From contig CM069142.1 in assembly GCA_035221665.1 (NCBI GenBank), positions 15,562,001 through 15,626,000 of the forward strand: a stretch of DNA of 64,000 bases, in the 5' to 3' direction. Of the stretch, positions 12,401 through 25,114 are shown piece after piece. The position numbers and the translations under genes were made by a program. The notes beneath the pieces are model-generated. The model had not been told where the DNA came from. It saw nothing but the letters and a program-made list of their open reading frames with translations, and searched no databases. This DNA is from Okamejei kenojei (taxonomy: Eukaryota). Numbering within the stretch: the first letter of the stretch is position 1; each line of letters begins with the position of its first letter.

Positions 12401-13757
12401 GTTTAGTCTCTTCGTCCAGGTGTTCCCCTGGGTACTAGAGGATCTGCGCAAGGCTGTGAACCGTGGGTTGAGCGTAGGCTGGATATTTATTCATAAATAT
12501 TAAACTAGCAAATGGGCATTACACAGCAGGGTCCTTATCCTGCTGTGTTTAGATAGTGGCCTTGCTATTTGTCCAAACACCATAATTCCTGCTTCAACTA
12601 GTTTTTTTTTGTTTTTTTAAAGTTTTTTAAAGGATTTTTGCAGCCTTAATTCATGCGCCCTCATGATACGCTCCTTTAGAGCGATGCACAGGAAACAGGT
12701 GTTTGATATGTGAATTAGTAAAGGGTGAAAATACCCTTATTATCAAAGAGGAACCCTTGCAGTCCAACTCACCCTAGTTCTAATAGGGCTGCACAAGTTC
12801 TCTCTCCCTCCAGTTTTACTCCATGCCTGGGGCAACGTGTCTGAGTTGCTGACCAACTGTCAGCGACTCTAGCATTATTTAAACGGCAACCCCGCAGACT
12901 AGAAGCCACTGACTGCTTTGTAAGTGGCTGTTATCAGGAAACCCAATCTTTTGCCGGCTATCCGCTTCAGCGGTCGGACCGGGGTTCTCCCGCAGCCCAT
13001 AGCCGGCTTAGGCATCGGACCTCCGATAAATCCGGCAGGAAACCTCTGTAAAGAGAGGCTCCTGCTCGAACACACAATGCTGGTAAATAAAAACACTTAC
13101 CTTCTAGGTTGAAACTTACCGCTGGCAGGAACAGTGTCCCGGGCAGTGTTATAGAGCAGAAAGATCTGGGAGTGCAGGTACATGGTTCCCTGAAAGTGGC
13201 TTCACACGTAGTACAGAAGTCCGAATGTTACAGAAGTTTGAATGTTGTGTTACAGTTGTATAAGATGTTGGCGAGGCCACACTTGGAGTATTACGTCCAG
13301 TTTATTTATCTGCTATAGCGAAGATACCATTAAACTGGAAAAAGTGCAGAGAAGATTTGAGGATGTTGCCAAGACTCAAGAGCCTGAGCTATATGTAGAG
13401 TTTGGGCAGGCGAGGACTTTATTCCAAGGAGCGCAGGAGACTGGGCAGGTTAGAACTTTATTCCTTGGAATCCAAGAGGCTGAGAGATGATTTTATAGAG
13501 CTGTGTAAAATCATGAGGAGAATATATAGGATGAATCTATTTTTCCCAAGTTAGGGGAATCAAGAATGAGAAGGTGTAGATTTAAGGCAGGTAGAAGAAC
13601 AACATTTAAAAGACATTTGTACAGGACATGGTTAGGATAAGTTTAGAGGATATTGGCCATACACAGGCAAATAGGACTAGTTTAGATGGGGCATCATGGA
13701 TTGGCATGGATGAGTTGGGCCAAAGGGCCTGTTTCGGTGATATATGACTATGACTAT
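9437..13757 (+). mobile_element. CR1 3' fragment split by the DIRS element (9437-9568 and ~13125-13757)
   Basis: The left part reads INDL...DD.K...W.MEFN. The right part resumes GSVIEQKDLGVQVH...LYKMLARPHLEY and ends in a CR1 tail (gggcctgtttc...tatgactatgact). Confidence 0.75.
9569..13120 (-). mobile_element. DIRS1-type tyrosine-recombinase retrotransposon, decayed and left-end truncated
   Basis: On the - strand: RT remnants (KDDGG..VIL ~12190, AAIDLND ~12060); RNase H (HNTTAGTHINHMG...IWHWC...ADTRS, 11462-11683); methyltransferase-like domain (PDIDL, FYAFP); YR (PPRCTYSEIWDVSIVL...KLTLKVIM ~10690; HSTRAAST ~10225). A 77-bp inverted repeat pairs 9569-9645 with 9794-9870. Confidence 0.88.
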
Positions 13758-13866
13758 TAATAACATTGCCACCATTGCAGGTCTGAAGTTAATAGATCCA
13801 TAATTATGATATTCTCAGCAGTTTTTTTAAAAAAAGATGTAATGTAGAAGGCATCATTACTATGTA

Positions 13867-14710
13867 CATGACATTAAAATAGGTGATATCATATAGTGAA
13901 GATGGTTATCAAGAAATATAGCAGGATTTTAATCAAGTGGGCCATTAATGACAAATGGAGTTTAATTCAGATATGTGTGAGGTGTTGAATTTTTGGAAGT
14001 CAAACCAGGAGAGGACTTTGCAGTGATTGGTAGGGCACTGGGAATGTTGTAGAAAAGAGGGCTCTTGGAGTATATGTGTTTATTCCTCTGAAAGTGATGT
14101 TACAAGTATAGAGAAACAAGTAGATAGGCTGGTGCAGTAGGGTTTTGGCATGCTGGCCTTCAGAAGTCAGAGAAATTAGTGTAGAAGTTGGGACATTATG
14201 TTACAGTTGTAAAAGACGTTGATGAGGCCATACTAGGAGTATCGTGTTCAGTTTCTGGCACTCTGATATAGGAAAAATGCTATTCACCTGGAAAGGGTGC
14301 AGAGGAGATTCACAAGAAGGTTGTCATGACTTGCCCTAAGCTACAGGGAAAGGTAGGGCTGGCTAGGACTTGATTCCTTGGAGCACAGGATGCTGAGCGG
14401 AGATCTTATAGAGGTGTTTCGATCTTGAGAGGAATAGATAGGGTGAATGCAAAGCATCTTTTTCTCAGGAATTAGAGGGCAAAGTTATGAGGTGAATGGG
14501 GAAAGATTTAATAGGATCCTGTGGGGCAACCTTTTTGCACATATGGAACTAGGAAGTAGCTGAGGTAGGTGCAACAAGAACGTTAAAAGACATGGACAGG
14601 AACATGGAGAGGAAAGACTTAGAGGGATTTGGGCCAAATGGGGCTATCTTAGATGGACATCTTGTTCAGGGTGGATGGGCCTGTTGACACGCTGTATGAC
14701 TCTGTGACTC
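13867..14710 (+). mobile_element. Decayed CR1 LINE 3' fragment
   Basis: DD.KIG...MEFN...CEV..., RPYLEY.VQF and a CR1 tail (gggcctgttgacacgctgtatgactctgtgact). Confidence 0.75.
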
Positions 14711-15639
14711 CAACCATGTGTGGTGCCAGGTGCTGTCTGAGATCACGTGGTCTCAGATTTACTGTTTAACGCACTTCTCCCTGAGACAGGGTACAGCCTG
14801 TACTTCCATCGTGATGCAGCCTCAGCCATGCATAAATATTATCAACAATATGTGGCATCCCACGTTGTAGTCTTATTCCCGGCAACAACGTAAAAACTAA
14901 GAGTGGAGTTTTCAATGTAATGTCCGGTCAACAATTAATGTAAATCATTTGTAACAATTGATTCAAAATCAGAATCGGCTTTAGAACAAATTGAACCCTC
15001 TTTGATTGCCCATAACTGTTTCTCGGGAACTCAGGGTAGTGAAACCGTGATTTTTCTTGTTGGGCAGGTCTTTAATAGATGTAAGAAATGTACACATAAT
15101 TTCTTAATGTCCTTCCAGCATTCTCTCCCAGTTACATACATCATGTAAGATCTTACATGGACCAATGCCTTATTTGTTTTTCAGTGCCATAGTTCAACGG
15201 AACATTTTGTAACTGAACGTAATTACAGACTAATAGTTTTGACCAGAAAAAAAACAATTTAACTTCATTTTCACTCACAGTGAACAATAACTATGAATCA
15301 AATGGCAATTGAAATACAGTTTTGCCAGTGTCATTCCCAGGGTGGGGAGGGGATGTTACTGGAGAGTCAAGCAGTCCTGACCATGCAGTGTGATTTGGAG
15401 TAAATCATAATTCACTCCAGCAGGATTCCTGATGAAGGATAGTTCAGTTTCTTTTATTTATCCATTTTTGTGAGTCTTGACTTACTGCCCATCCCAATTA
15501 CCATCAGAAGGTTACGTGTAGGAAGGAACTGAAGATGCTGGTTAAACCAAAGATAGACACAAAAGCTGGAGTAACTCAGTGGGACAGACAGCTGTCTGAG
15601 TTATTCCAGTTTTTTAGGTCTACCATCAGAAAGTTACTT

Positions 15640-16067
15640 GTAAACCACCTCTTGTACAACTGCAGTCATTGTGGTGAAAGTACTCCCTCCACACTAATGG
15701 AAGGCAGTTCCAGGATGTTGATCTGAAGGAGCGGTGAAGGAGCGGTGATATATTGAATGGAGTCAAACGGGCAAGTGGTGGTGGTGCTTTCATGCACCTG
15801 AAGCCATTGTCATTCATTTGGTGGAGATTCCGGGTTTGGAGGTCATGTTAGAGGAACCAAGGTGAGTGACTGCAATGCATCTTGTAGATGGTCCACTACA
15901 GCTATTGTGCAATAGTGGAGGTGAAAAATGATTGATTAAGGTTGTGGATCAGGGACAGATCAAACAGGTTGTTTTGTCCTTGATGGTGTCGACCTTCTTG
16001 AGAATTTCTGTTCTGCACTCATCCAGATAAATTGGAGAATATTCAATTGCACCCGAGAGTCCTGCCT
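15640..16067 (-). mobile_element. Old LINE (CR1/L2 group) 3' fragment
   Basis: The - strand reads like ..EYSP..WMSA...KKVDTIKDK, an ORF2 C-terminal region. Confidence 0.5.
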
Positions 16068-16069
16068 TT

Positions 16070-19000
16070 TAGTGGGGGGAGGGATTGACAAATTGGGAGT
16101 ATAAAGATGGGGTTGAAGGGGAAGTGGCTACAGGAAAAATTACAAAGGATTCTCAAATGAATGGGAAGGAAAGCTTGAGAATGGACAACAGAGTAAGGTT
16201 GGGGCTAATTGCGAGGGAGGAAGTGAATACGGAGGTCAAAGTACTGTAAATGGAATAAAGGAATAAAGTGGATGAGCTTGAGGCTGTTAGAAACTGGCAA
16301 GTATGATGTTGTGGGAATTACTGAGACATGGCTGCAAGAGGGCCAGGGCTGGGAACTGAATATTCAAGGGTATACCTCCTATCGAAAAGACAGACAGGTG
16401 GGCAGAGGGGGTGGGGTTGCGCTGTTGGCGAGGAATGAAATTCAGTCCCTTGCAAGGGTGACATTGAAACAGGAGATGTGGAGTCTGTATGGATAGAACT
16501 AAGGAATTGTAAGGGTAAAAAGACCCCAATGTGACTAATCTCCAGGCCGCCAAACAGTAGCCTGGACATAGGGCGCAAATTGAATCAGGAGTTAAAATTG
16601 GCATGTAGTAAAAGTAATGCTGTGGTTGTTATGGGAGATTTCAACATGCAGGTAGACTGGGAAAATCAGGTTGGAACTGGACCCCAAGAAAGGGACTTTG
16701 TAGAGTGCCTTTGTGATGGATTCTTTGAACAGCTTGTATTGGAGCCTACCAGGGAGAAGGCAATTCTGGATGTAGTGTTATGTAATGAACCGGATTTGAT
16801 AAAGGACCTCGAGGTTAATGAGCCTTTAGGAGGCAGTGACCATAACATGGTCAGGTTTAATCTACAATTGGAGAGGGAGAAGAGTAGATCGGAGGCGTCA
16901 GATTTGCAGTTGAATGAAGGGGACTATGGGGCCATGAGGGAGGAGCTGGCCAAAGTTGACTGGAAAGAGACACTAGCAGGGATAACAGTGGAACAAAAAT
17001 GGCAGGTGTTTCTAGGAATAATACAGAAGGTGCAGGATCAGTTAATTCCTAGGAGGAAGAAAGATTCCAAGGGGAGAAAGGGATGACCATGGCTGACAAG
17101 GGACGTCAGGGACAGTATAAAAATTAAAGCGAAGAAATACAACGTAGCAAAGATGAGCAGGAAGTAAGAGGATTGGGTAATGATTAAAGAACAACAGAAG
17201 ATAACCAAAAAGACAATACGGGGAGAAAAGATGAGGTACGAAGGTAAGCTAGCCAAGAATATAAAGCAGGACAGTAAAAGCTTCTTTAGGTATGTGAAGA
17301 GGAAAAAATTAGTTAAGACCAAAGTTGGACTCTTGAAGACTGAAAAAGGTGAATTTATTATGGGGAACAAGGAAAAGGCAGATGAGTTGAACAGGTACTT
17401 TGGATCGGTCTTCACTAAGGAGGACACAAACAATCTTCCTGATAGAGCAGTGGCCAGAGGATCTGGGGTGACAGAGGAACTGAAGGAAGTCCATATTAGG
17501 CAGGAAATGGTGTTGGGTACACTGATGGGACTGAAGGCTGATAAATCCCCAGGGCCTGATGGTCTGCATCCCAGGGTACTTAAGGAAGTGGCTCTAGAAA
17601 TCGTGGCTGCATTGGCGATAATTTACCAATGTTCTATAGACTCAGGATCAGTTCCTGTGGATTGGAGGGTAGCTAATGTTATCCCACTTTTTAAGAAAGG
17701 TGGGAGAGAGAAAACAGGGAATTATAGACCAGTTAGCCTGACATCGGTGGTGGTGAAGATGCTGGAGTCAATTATAAAAGATGAGATAGCCACACATTTG
17801 GATAGCAGTAAGAGGATCAGTCTGAGTCAGCATGGATTTACAAAGGAGAAATCATGCTTGACTAATCTTCTGGAATTTTTTGAAGATGTAACTAGGGAAA
17901 TGGACAAGGGAGAGCCAGTAGATGTGGTATACCTGGACTTTCAGAAAGCATTTGATAAGGTCCCACAAAGGAGATTAGTGGACAAAATTAGGGCACATGG
18001 TATTGGGGGTAGATGGCAGACATGGATAGAGAAGTGGTTGGCAGACAGGATACAAAGAATATAGATTAACGGGTCCCTTTCAGAATGGCAGGAAGTGACA
18101 AGTGGGGTACCGCAAGGCTCGGTGCTGGGACCGCAGCTATTTACAATATACATCAATGATTTGGATGAAGGGATTCAAAGTAACATTAGTAAATTTGCAG
18201 ATGACACAAAGCTGGGTGGCAGTGTGAACTGTGAGGAGGATGCTATGAGAATACAGGGTGACTGACAGATTGGGGGAGTGGGCAGATGAAGTTTAATGCA
18301 GATAAATGTGAGGTTATCCACTTTGGCAGCAAAAACAAGAAGGCAAATTACTATCTAAATGGCATCACGTTGGGAAAAGGGGAAGTACAACGGGATCGGG
18401 GGTCCTTGTCTATGAAAGTAAGCAAGCAGGCAGTGTAGAAAGCGAATGGCATATTGGCCTTTATAACAAGAGGAATTGAATATGTGAGCAAAGAGATCCT
18501 TCTGCAGTTGTACAGAGCCCTAGTGAGACCACACCTGGAATATTGTGTGCAGTTTTGGTCCCCTAATTTGAGGAAGGACATTCTTGCTATTAAGGGAGTG
18601 CAGCATGGGTTTACAAGGTTAATTCCCGGGGTGGCGGGACTGTCATATGCTGAGAGAATGGAGCAGCTGGGCTTGTACACTATGGAGTTTAGAATGATGA
18701 GAGGAGATCTCATTGAAACATATAAGATTGTTAAGTCTTGGACACGCTAGAGGCAGGAAACATGTTCCCGATGTTGGGGGAGTCCAGAACCAGGGGCCAC
18801 AGTTTAAGAATAAGGAGTAAGCCATTTGGAACGGAGACGAGGAAGCACTTTTTTTCACAGAGAGTGGCGAGTCTGTGGAATTCTCTGCCTCAGAGGGCGG
18901 TGGAGGCAGGTTCTCTGGATGCTTTCAAGAGAGAGCTAGATAGGGCTCTTAAAAATAGCGGAGTTACGGGATATGGGGAGAAGGCAGGAACGAGGTACTG

Positions 19001-19093
19001 ATTGGGGATGATCAGCCATGATCACATTGAATGGTGGTGCTGGCTTGAAGGGCCAAATGGCCTATTCCTGCACCTATTGTCTATTGTCTATTG
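16070..19093 (+). mobile_element. CR1-clade LINE with near-complete but disrupted ORF2 (APE endonuclease and RT)
   Basis: EN motifs YDVVGITETWL, GRGGGVAL, VMGDFN, GSDHN. RT motifs PGPDG, YRPVSLTS, QHGF, YLDFQKAFDKV, GVPQGS, KFADD. Tail (CTATTGT)n at 19073-19093. Contains frameshifts and stops. Confidence 0.95.
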
Positions 19094-19981
19094 AACCAAA
19101 ATGGCTGAAGACTGCCTTTTGTGTTGATGAGTTCACAGGAGAAAGCAGAAATGAATCATCCACTTGGCAATTATGACTGAACATGGTTTGAAAATGTTAC
19201 AGACATGTTAAGCATCCATATTTTAGGCCCAACTTCAATGCAATGGGAAACATGGCACCTTCTCCTATTAGCTTGTTTATGTCTACCCCCATTCACAGGT
19301 AGATGTGGTGGGACTGCAGAGCTTTGATCTAATCAGTTGGATGTGAGATTGCTGAGTTATCTTTATCACACACTGTTTGGGCTGATTGCTATGCAAGTTC
19401 CAAGCTCCGGGGAAAAAAAGATTTGTTATGGTTGATACCAGGTAGTTCAACTATGTTCATTTCCTTTTATTCAACACAACTGTAATAGTTCAACATGATG
19501 CTTGCTAAACCAATTACTTTCAAAGTCAGAGGAAACAAAATAAACTGTAAATGTTGGAATTCTGAGTTTCATCTTTAACTTTGTCCATCCATCTGCCCAT
19601 CAACCCCCTCTGACTTGTATCCATCCATCACTTATGCAGAAGCAAGGAAGTGCAGATTCTGGTTCAGCCAGAAGGACACAAGTGCTGGAGCAGGGTGAAA
19701 AATGCGTCCTGACCCGAAACGTCACCTACCCTTGTTCTCCAGAGATGCTGCTTGATCCATTGAGTTACTCCAGTACTTTGTGCCCCTTTCCAATCACTTG
19801 CCAGGTTTTATTCCACCCACACCTCCTTTGCATCTTTTCCCAGCTACTACAATCAGTCTGAAGAAGGGCCCCAATGTGAAATATCGCATGTTTGAGGTTA
19901 ATGACCTTTAATGATAAAATATGACAATTCATTAGGAAGTTGAACAAATTAGTTCCTGACCAGGTAAACACAGAGTGAATG

Positions 19982-20761
19982 TGTAATTATGCTCCTAGAG
20001 CTAACCCCCCTTAGTCTAGTTCAGTAAAACACAGATTCAAGCACTGGTCCACTAATCTTTATTTTATGAAACAATAACAAATCCCCTATACGATACCTAA
20101 CCACACCGTGGGATCGATCCTTGTCTCTGCTTGTCCAAGCCCTTCAGCCTCATGCAAACAGACGCCTCCAAAAAGTTACACAGTCCCAAGCGCTCCTCCA
20201 GAAGATCGACAACAAACTTTGTGGGGGTGACCTTTTATAGGTCATCGAACCCTGTGGGGCAGATCTACATGGGGGTGGTACCCCTACAAACCAATCACAG
20301 ATATCGATTACATTAAGGTGTTATTGACAGTTCCCCAACCCAATTACAAAACACCTCATTACAATGTTTCTGCAGAAGCTTCTGGAAGAAGTCAGTTGAC
20401 CCAAGCAATGCAACATTCTCCTGGGCAGTATAAACAATTCAAACAAGGCTTCACACTTCAGCCAATCATCAAACATTAATACAAACACCTTGCAACATTA
20501 TTAACAGTATTTACAACCCTTCTGCAGCCAGCCAATCCTGCTAATGCATCTGCAACACCTCTGGGTTTCTCTGCAAAGTACTCATACATTTTAATAGTAG
20601 AGAGGACATCTGGACCTCACCTTATCTGATATTTCTATCTTGGACCGAGACTTCATGGCACTGACTTGCAGCTTTCAGCTTTACACAGAAATTAACCAAC
20701 CAGGTTCTGCAGATGCAATGATCCTCCATTTTATATATCTCTATTTTGGCTAATATTAACA
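19982..20761 (-). repeat. 3' LTR of the ERV
   Basis: Direct repeat of 26696-27474. On the - strand it has TATAAAA (20233-20239) and AATAAA (20058-20063), and is preceded by a short purine tract GGAGGAA (20762-20768). Confidence 0.95.
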
Positions 20762-20879
20762 TTCCTCCATGTTATCATGATGATAACCCATCATTAATGA
20801 TAACCAAAGTACAACAGTGGCTGCTTCATTCTAACAGATATCTTTGCAAAAAGATGCTGACGTATTTTCCCAGAATTTC

Positions 20880-21930
20880 ATCAAGCTTCCCGAGTTTTCA
20901 TGGGCGTAGCTTCCGTCTGATGAGTCTTCACATCCTGAGTTTTCATGTGCGCAAATCGCCTCCATCCATCTTGATAATTCATCTGTGCTTGATCCATAGT
21001 AGAGTAAGAAGTTTCTAAGAGAACCTGGAAGTTAGCAGTCCCTATTTCCAATGATACTCTTACAGTGGTAGAGATGTACCCATGCATTCCTTCCCTCTAT
21101 CTTCAACAAAATGCCTCTCATTATAGGCTGCTCCTACATTACCACATAATTCCCTCAACACTAAAGTCAAGGCTAGAACGTGGTCGGTCATTTCCGCAGT
21201 CACATCATTTTTATTACATTTTGATTCTATGGTATGATATTCTCGAGGGTCTATCATAATGATTTCAGCTGGGTTCAGTCCAGACTTCCCTACAGGCATG
21301 ACACCTATTTCAAACTATGGGAAGTAATTTTAATCAAACCAATTTTAGTCTTGCCTTTAATTTAGCTCATTTAGTTTCAAGGGTCTGATCTGCCCTTTCT
21401 ACAAATCCAGCAGCTTGTGGTCCATAATCACAATACAATTGCTGCTGGATTCCCAGCTGTTTGCATAATTTCCATCAATTTGTTCCGATATGACGTGGAT
21501 CATTATTTAAACTAAGTCAAATAAGGATGCCATATCTGGGGATATTTTTTCTTCAACTCCTTGATAACAGTATCTGCTTTATTATCAAGGATGAGACGAG
21601 TTTTGATCCACCGGCCGAATGCATCGACTTTGACAACAAATACCATCAACCCTGGCTCCTCTTCTAATTTGATGTAATCCTTCTTTAATGTCTTAAATAG
21701 ACTTATAGTCAATAGTGGTTCTTTCTTCCTAGGTGGTTAGCATCGACTTCTTGGAGGGAGACTTGTTCCTCACTTTTAATCTTTTGTACAATTATCTCAT
21801 GTTCCCAGGGTATTTTTACTGTCAGACTAGTGCCGCAATACCTGACATCTGCTAGAGTCTGCTCTCTCCTTGATGCCCGCTGAATAGTCCTGTCCCACTT
21901 CTGACTGCTCCTCTGAGGGTGAGACAAGAA
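20880..21930 (-). pseudogene. ERV integrase remnant
   Basis: DYIKL...VVKVDAFGRW...ADTVIKEL; LCKQLGIQQQLYCDYGPQAAGFVERADQTLETK (YHPQSSGxVER-type motif); GLNPAEIIM; and a GPY/F-like C-terminus (FQVLLET...W..FAHMK). Confidence 0.85.
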
Positions 21931-22619
21931 AAGATACTAGGTTAGTTTATATACTGTGCCCAAATCAATATTTTCAATTATCTCTGAAATAGATCCCATG
22001 CCATCCTGATAGGCCATTGTTATGTGTTAGATTTTAAAGTCATTTCAATAATTTCCTGATAGATTTGGGTGCAGAGTGGGTGTCCCGGGCCACAGAGCAA
22101 TATCTATTTCTATATTTTTACTTGAGATAGCCCATTCAGACACAGTAGTGCAGTAGAGCTAGAAGGGATTGTTGTACAATGATTTTTCCAAAGTTGGAGC
22201 CTGCCTTGATGATCTCTCTGGAGGCATCATGTACCTCTTTAATTTACTGTGACTCGATTCGTCTTCCTTGCTGGTTAGTTAAGATGTTAGCAGGGTTTGG
22301 CACTAGTATATGTATGGAGCATCTTTTCAACTGAGTTAATTGCTGTTAAATTTCATACCAGTTTATGTTGTTTTTCTTCTTTCAGTTTCAGAGCTGCAAG
22401 AGTAAGGATGTTACAGTAAGGAGCAATTCTTATAGTTCTCGTAGATGGTTTTATTTTAGTTTTATTCTGGCATTTCCAGAATCCATTTATCACTGTTGCT
22501 GGTAGCCTATGATCTTCTTGGAAAAGTATTACCACTTTCTGGGGAGCTACCTGGAAAGGATTGATGCCCACACATCCTACCTGAGCTGTGTCTTCTGCCC
22601 GTTCTTGAGGGTTCACATG

Positions 22620-25114
22620 CTCATATACCTCATTCCCCAGATGATGATGTAGATAGGTAACACTGTCTTTGAGGCCTGATAAAACTCAACAACATTTCAA
22701 TTAGACATATTTGCTCTAATTGTTCGGGTCTGCCATAATGATTGCTCCTCTCCACCACTGCTCCTAGGTCTCTTGCCTCTGCTGATTCTTACTAGTACCT
22801 CAGTGTATCCTACAGCTCCCTCCTCTTCTTTCAACTAGTGCTAAATCTTATTCCCATCGAGTTCCTTCATCTCACCACAGTTACTTTGTCTCTCTTAGTT
22901 TCTTTATTGCCTCCAATTTCTTCTCATACTTTGTTCTACTTTGTCTCTCTGTTGGGCCTTCCTTGCTCTAGTGATCTAATTGACCACAATTGAAGCAGTC
23001 TCCAGAGGCTGCTACTTTTCTTTAGTCCTCCAGGTGTATGTGGGGCTTTGTGCAGTTTTTTTTCTTTGGGTTATTCTCCCTTACTGTCTTCCCTGTACCA
23101 TTCTCAGTGCTATGAGGAGGGTGTACTCAACTCCCTTAGATTCTTCTAATAGGTCTTGAGGCAGGGATCAGGTTACTTTGTCCGTAAATTCTGGACTGGC
23201 TGGCGAATCAGGACTGTGAAAATGGGTACATTTGTGAGAAAGGTGTCTGTCTCCTTGATCCCTGATCCTCTTGCCAGCTCACTCCCGGCTCTTCCCAATC
23301 CCTAGGATTTAAAGGTTTTCTATACTCCGTAGGATCTCGAGTGCCCCTGTAACCTCTAGGGTCCCAAAGGTTCCTCAGACGTTGTGACCCTCTTCTTTGA
23401 CCCCTTCCTCCTGTTCTTTCGTTGGACATGATCTGCTCCAATGCCCTGTTTCACCACATAGCACTGATCTGGTCCTACCACTTTATTCCTTCTCCATTGT
23501 AGTTGAGGGGAAATCAGCTCCGAGGCAGGTATGTCATTAAGGTAATCTGGTGGGAATTGTTTTTCCCAGATTTCAAATTCACCACCTGTCATTACTTTAG
23601 GATTTCCCCATCCTAAATCTGATTTTGACGTCTCTATTTTAGCCACGTACTCTTTGTTTTGTTTTGTCTGCAGGCTGTTCTTCCTGTTCTTTCTTAGGTT
23701 TTATTTCCACACCTAGCTCAAACAATGGTCTTTGAAAGGTATTCGCAAGGGCAGTGTAAACTGCCTCTTCCCTTGCACTATCCTCTGCCATTACATTCTC
23801 CAATGCCTCATGTGTTGGATATCCTAAGGCTGCTAGAAATATGATGTTTTCTGTAAACTAACTGTCCGTTGCACCACGTCCCATAGGTCTCGGGAGTCTG
23901 CATAATGCCCATGCATTATAATTTTAAAGTATTCTTTAAAGGAAGCAGGCAATTTATTTTTATCAGGAATTTTACCTAACACTGTCGTTGTCTCATTAGG
24001 CTTCCATGAGGTGTGGACATCTGTGGTACGGGGATTGTGTGCACCCACTGCACTAACCGAATCAAAAGTAAGGGCAGGCACTTTCCTAACTGTTGTAATA
24101 GTGGAAACTGTCTACTGGTTATTCGCTCTGCTCTCATGATGTATGCTATATCAGAATCTGTTTTAGTATCTCCAGCCATTGTCTCACCCTCAGAGGCATT
24201 CCCCTCCTCACTAAGGGAATCACTGTATTTTTCAAATGACGGCTTATGATCTCCCGCTGCCCATCTGATTCGTCCAGGCACAGGCTCACAATGGCAATTC
24301 GGGGATCGCACTATTCCTTTAAAGCTCTTATCATTGAACACTGGCTCCATTCTAACTTTCCTCGTCGTTCCGTGAGCTACTAAACTATCTATTGCCAGTG
24401 AAGCAACTGGGACTAAAGATTCCCGTGCTGGTGTCACCACTGCTGGTGAGACAAGCTTTGATGTGAATTTAGTAGGTGGAGTTAAAGGCACTGCCGAATC
24501 CAAATGTGTGCCGTGTTCACAAGCTAAACAAGGTAGATCTGAACTGGGAATGTGAGAAGGATAAAGGAAAGGTTGTGAATCTCTAATTTGAAAGCCTTCC
24601 CACCATTTTAAATAATCGCCCTCCTCCCCTTCAAGGTCAAAGCCAACCACCGGGTCCTTAAATTCAAGAACTGTTGGGGCCAGTTTCCCTTCGGAGATTT
24701 CCCTGTTCCCTTTTCCTGTTCCCTATTACACTCCTGCTCATTTCTTATGGTACCTAGAGGTTGATAGACTTCAATATCTTGTAGCTCTATTCCAAGCCAT
24801 GAGGTTGCTCTCATCCAATTCATCATTCTTACAACTTCTCTATTTGCCTTTTGCATTGTATAGTATGTTCTCCACAATCCTATTAATTCCTTCGCTACCT
24901 CACTGTTACCACATTGCCAAATAATTTGTTCTATATACCTTATTCCCTTCAATATTTTAATGCCTCCCTTTGGCCATAATTCATCCCCTAATTCCTTGTT
25001 TAATGCTCCCGAAAAATTTCTCACCCTCTCAGCTTTCTGTGGAAATTAATTGCATATTAATTGCATTGGGCTTTCAGATTCGTCAGTCATATCTCGCTTC
25101 ACGTAATTTCCCAT
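22620..25114 (-). pseudogene. gag: ERV gag remnant
   Basis: Starts MGNYVKRD (Gly2, myristoylation-type) at 25114, in frame with the matrix-like ELWPKGG. A capsid-like segment (SWKPNE...KIPDKNKLPASFKEYF...RDLWDVV) lies at 23833-24081. Multiple stops and frameshifts; the 3' boundary is approximate. Confidence 0.7.

Noticed and set aside
17180-18064. 294-aa RT ORF as a functional gene
   Set aside because: It is a fragment of CR1 ORF2 bounded by stops and frameshifts.
16062-19120. CTGCCTTTT on both sides of the large CR1 as a TSD
   Set aside because: The right copy lies ~18 bp from the tail, so it is not a clean TSD.
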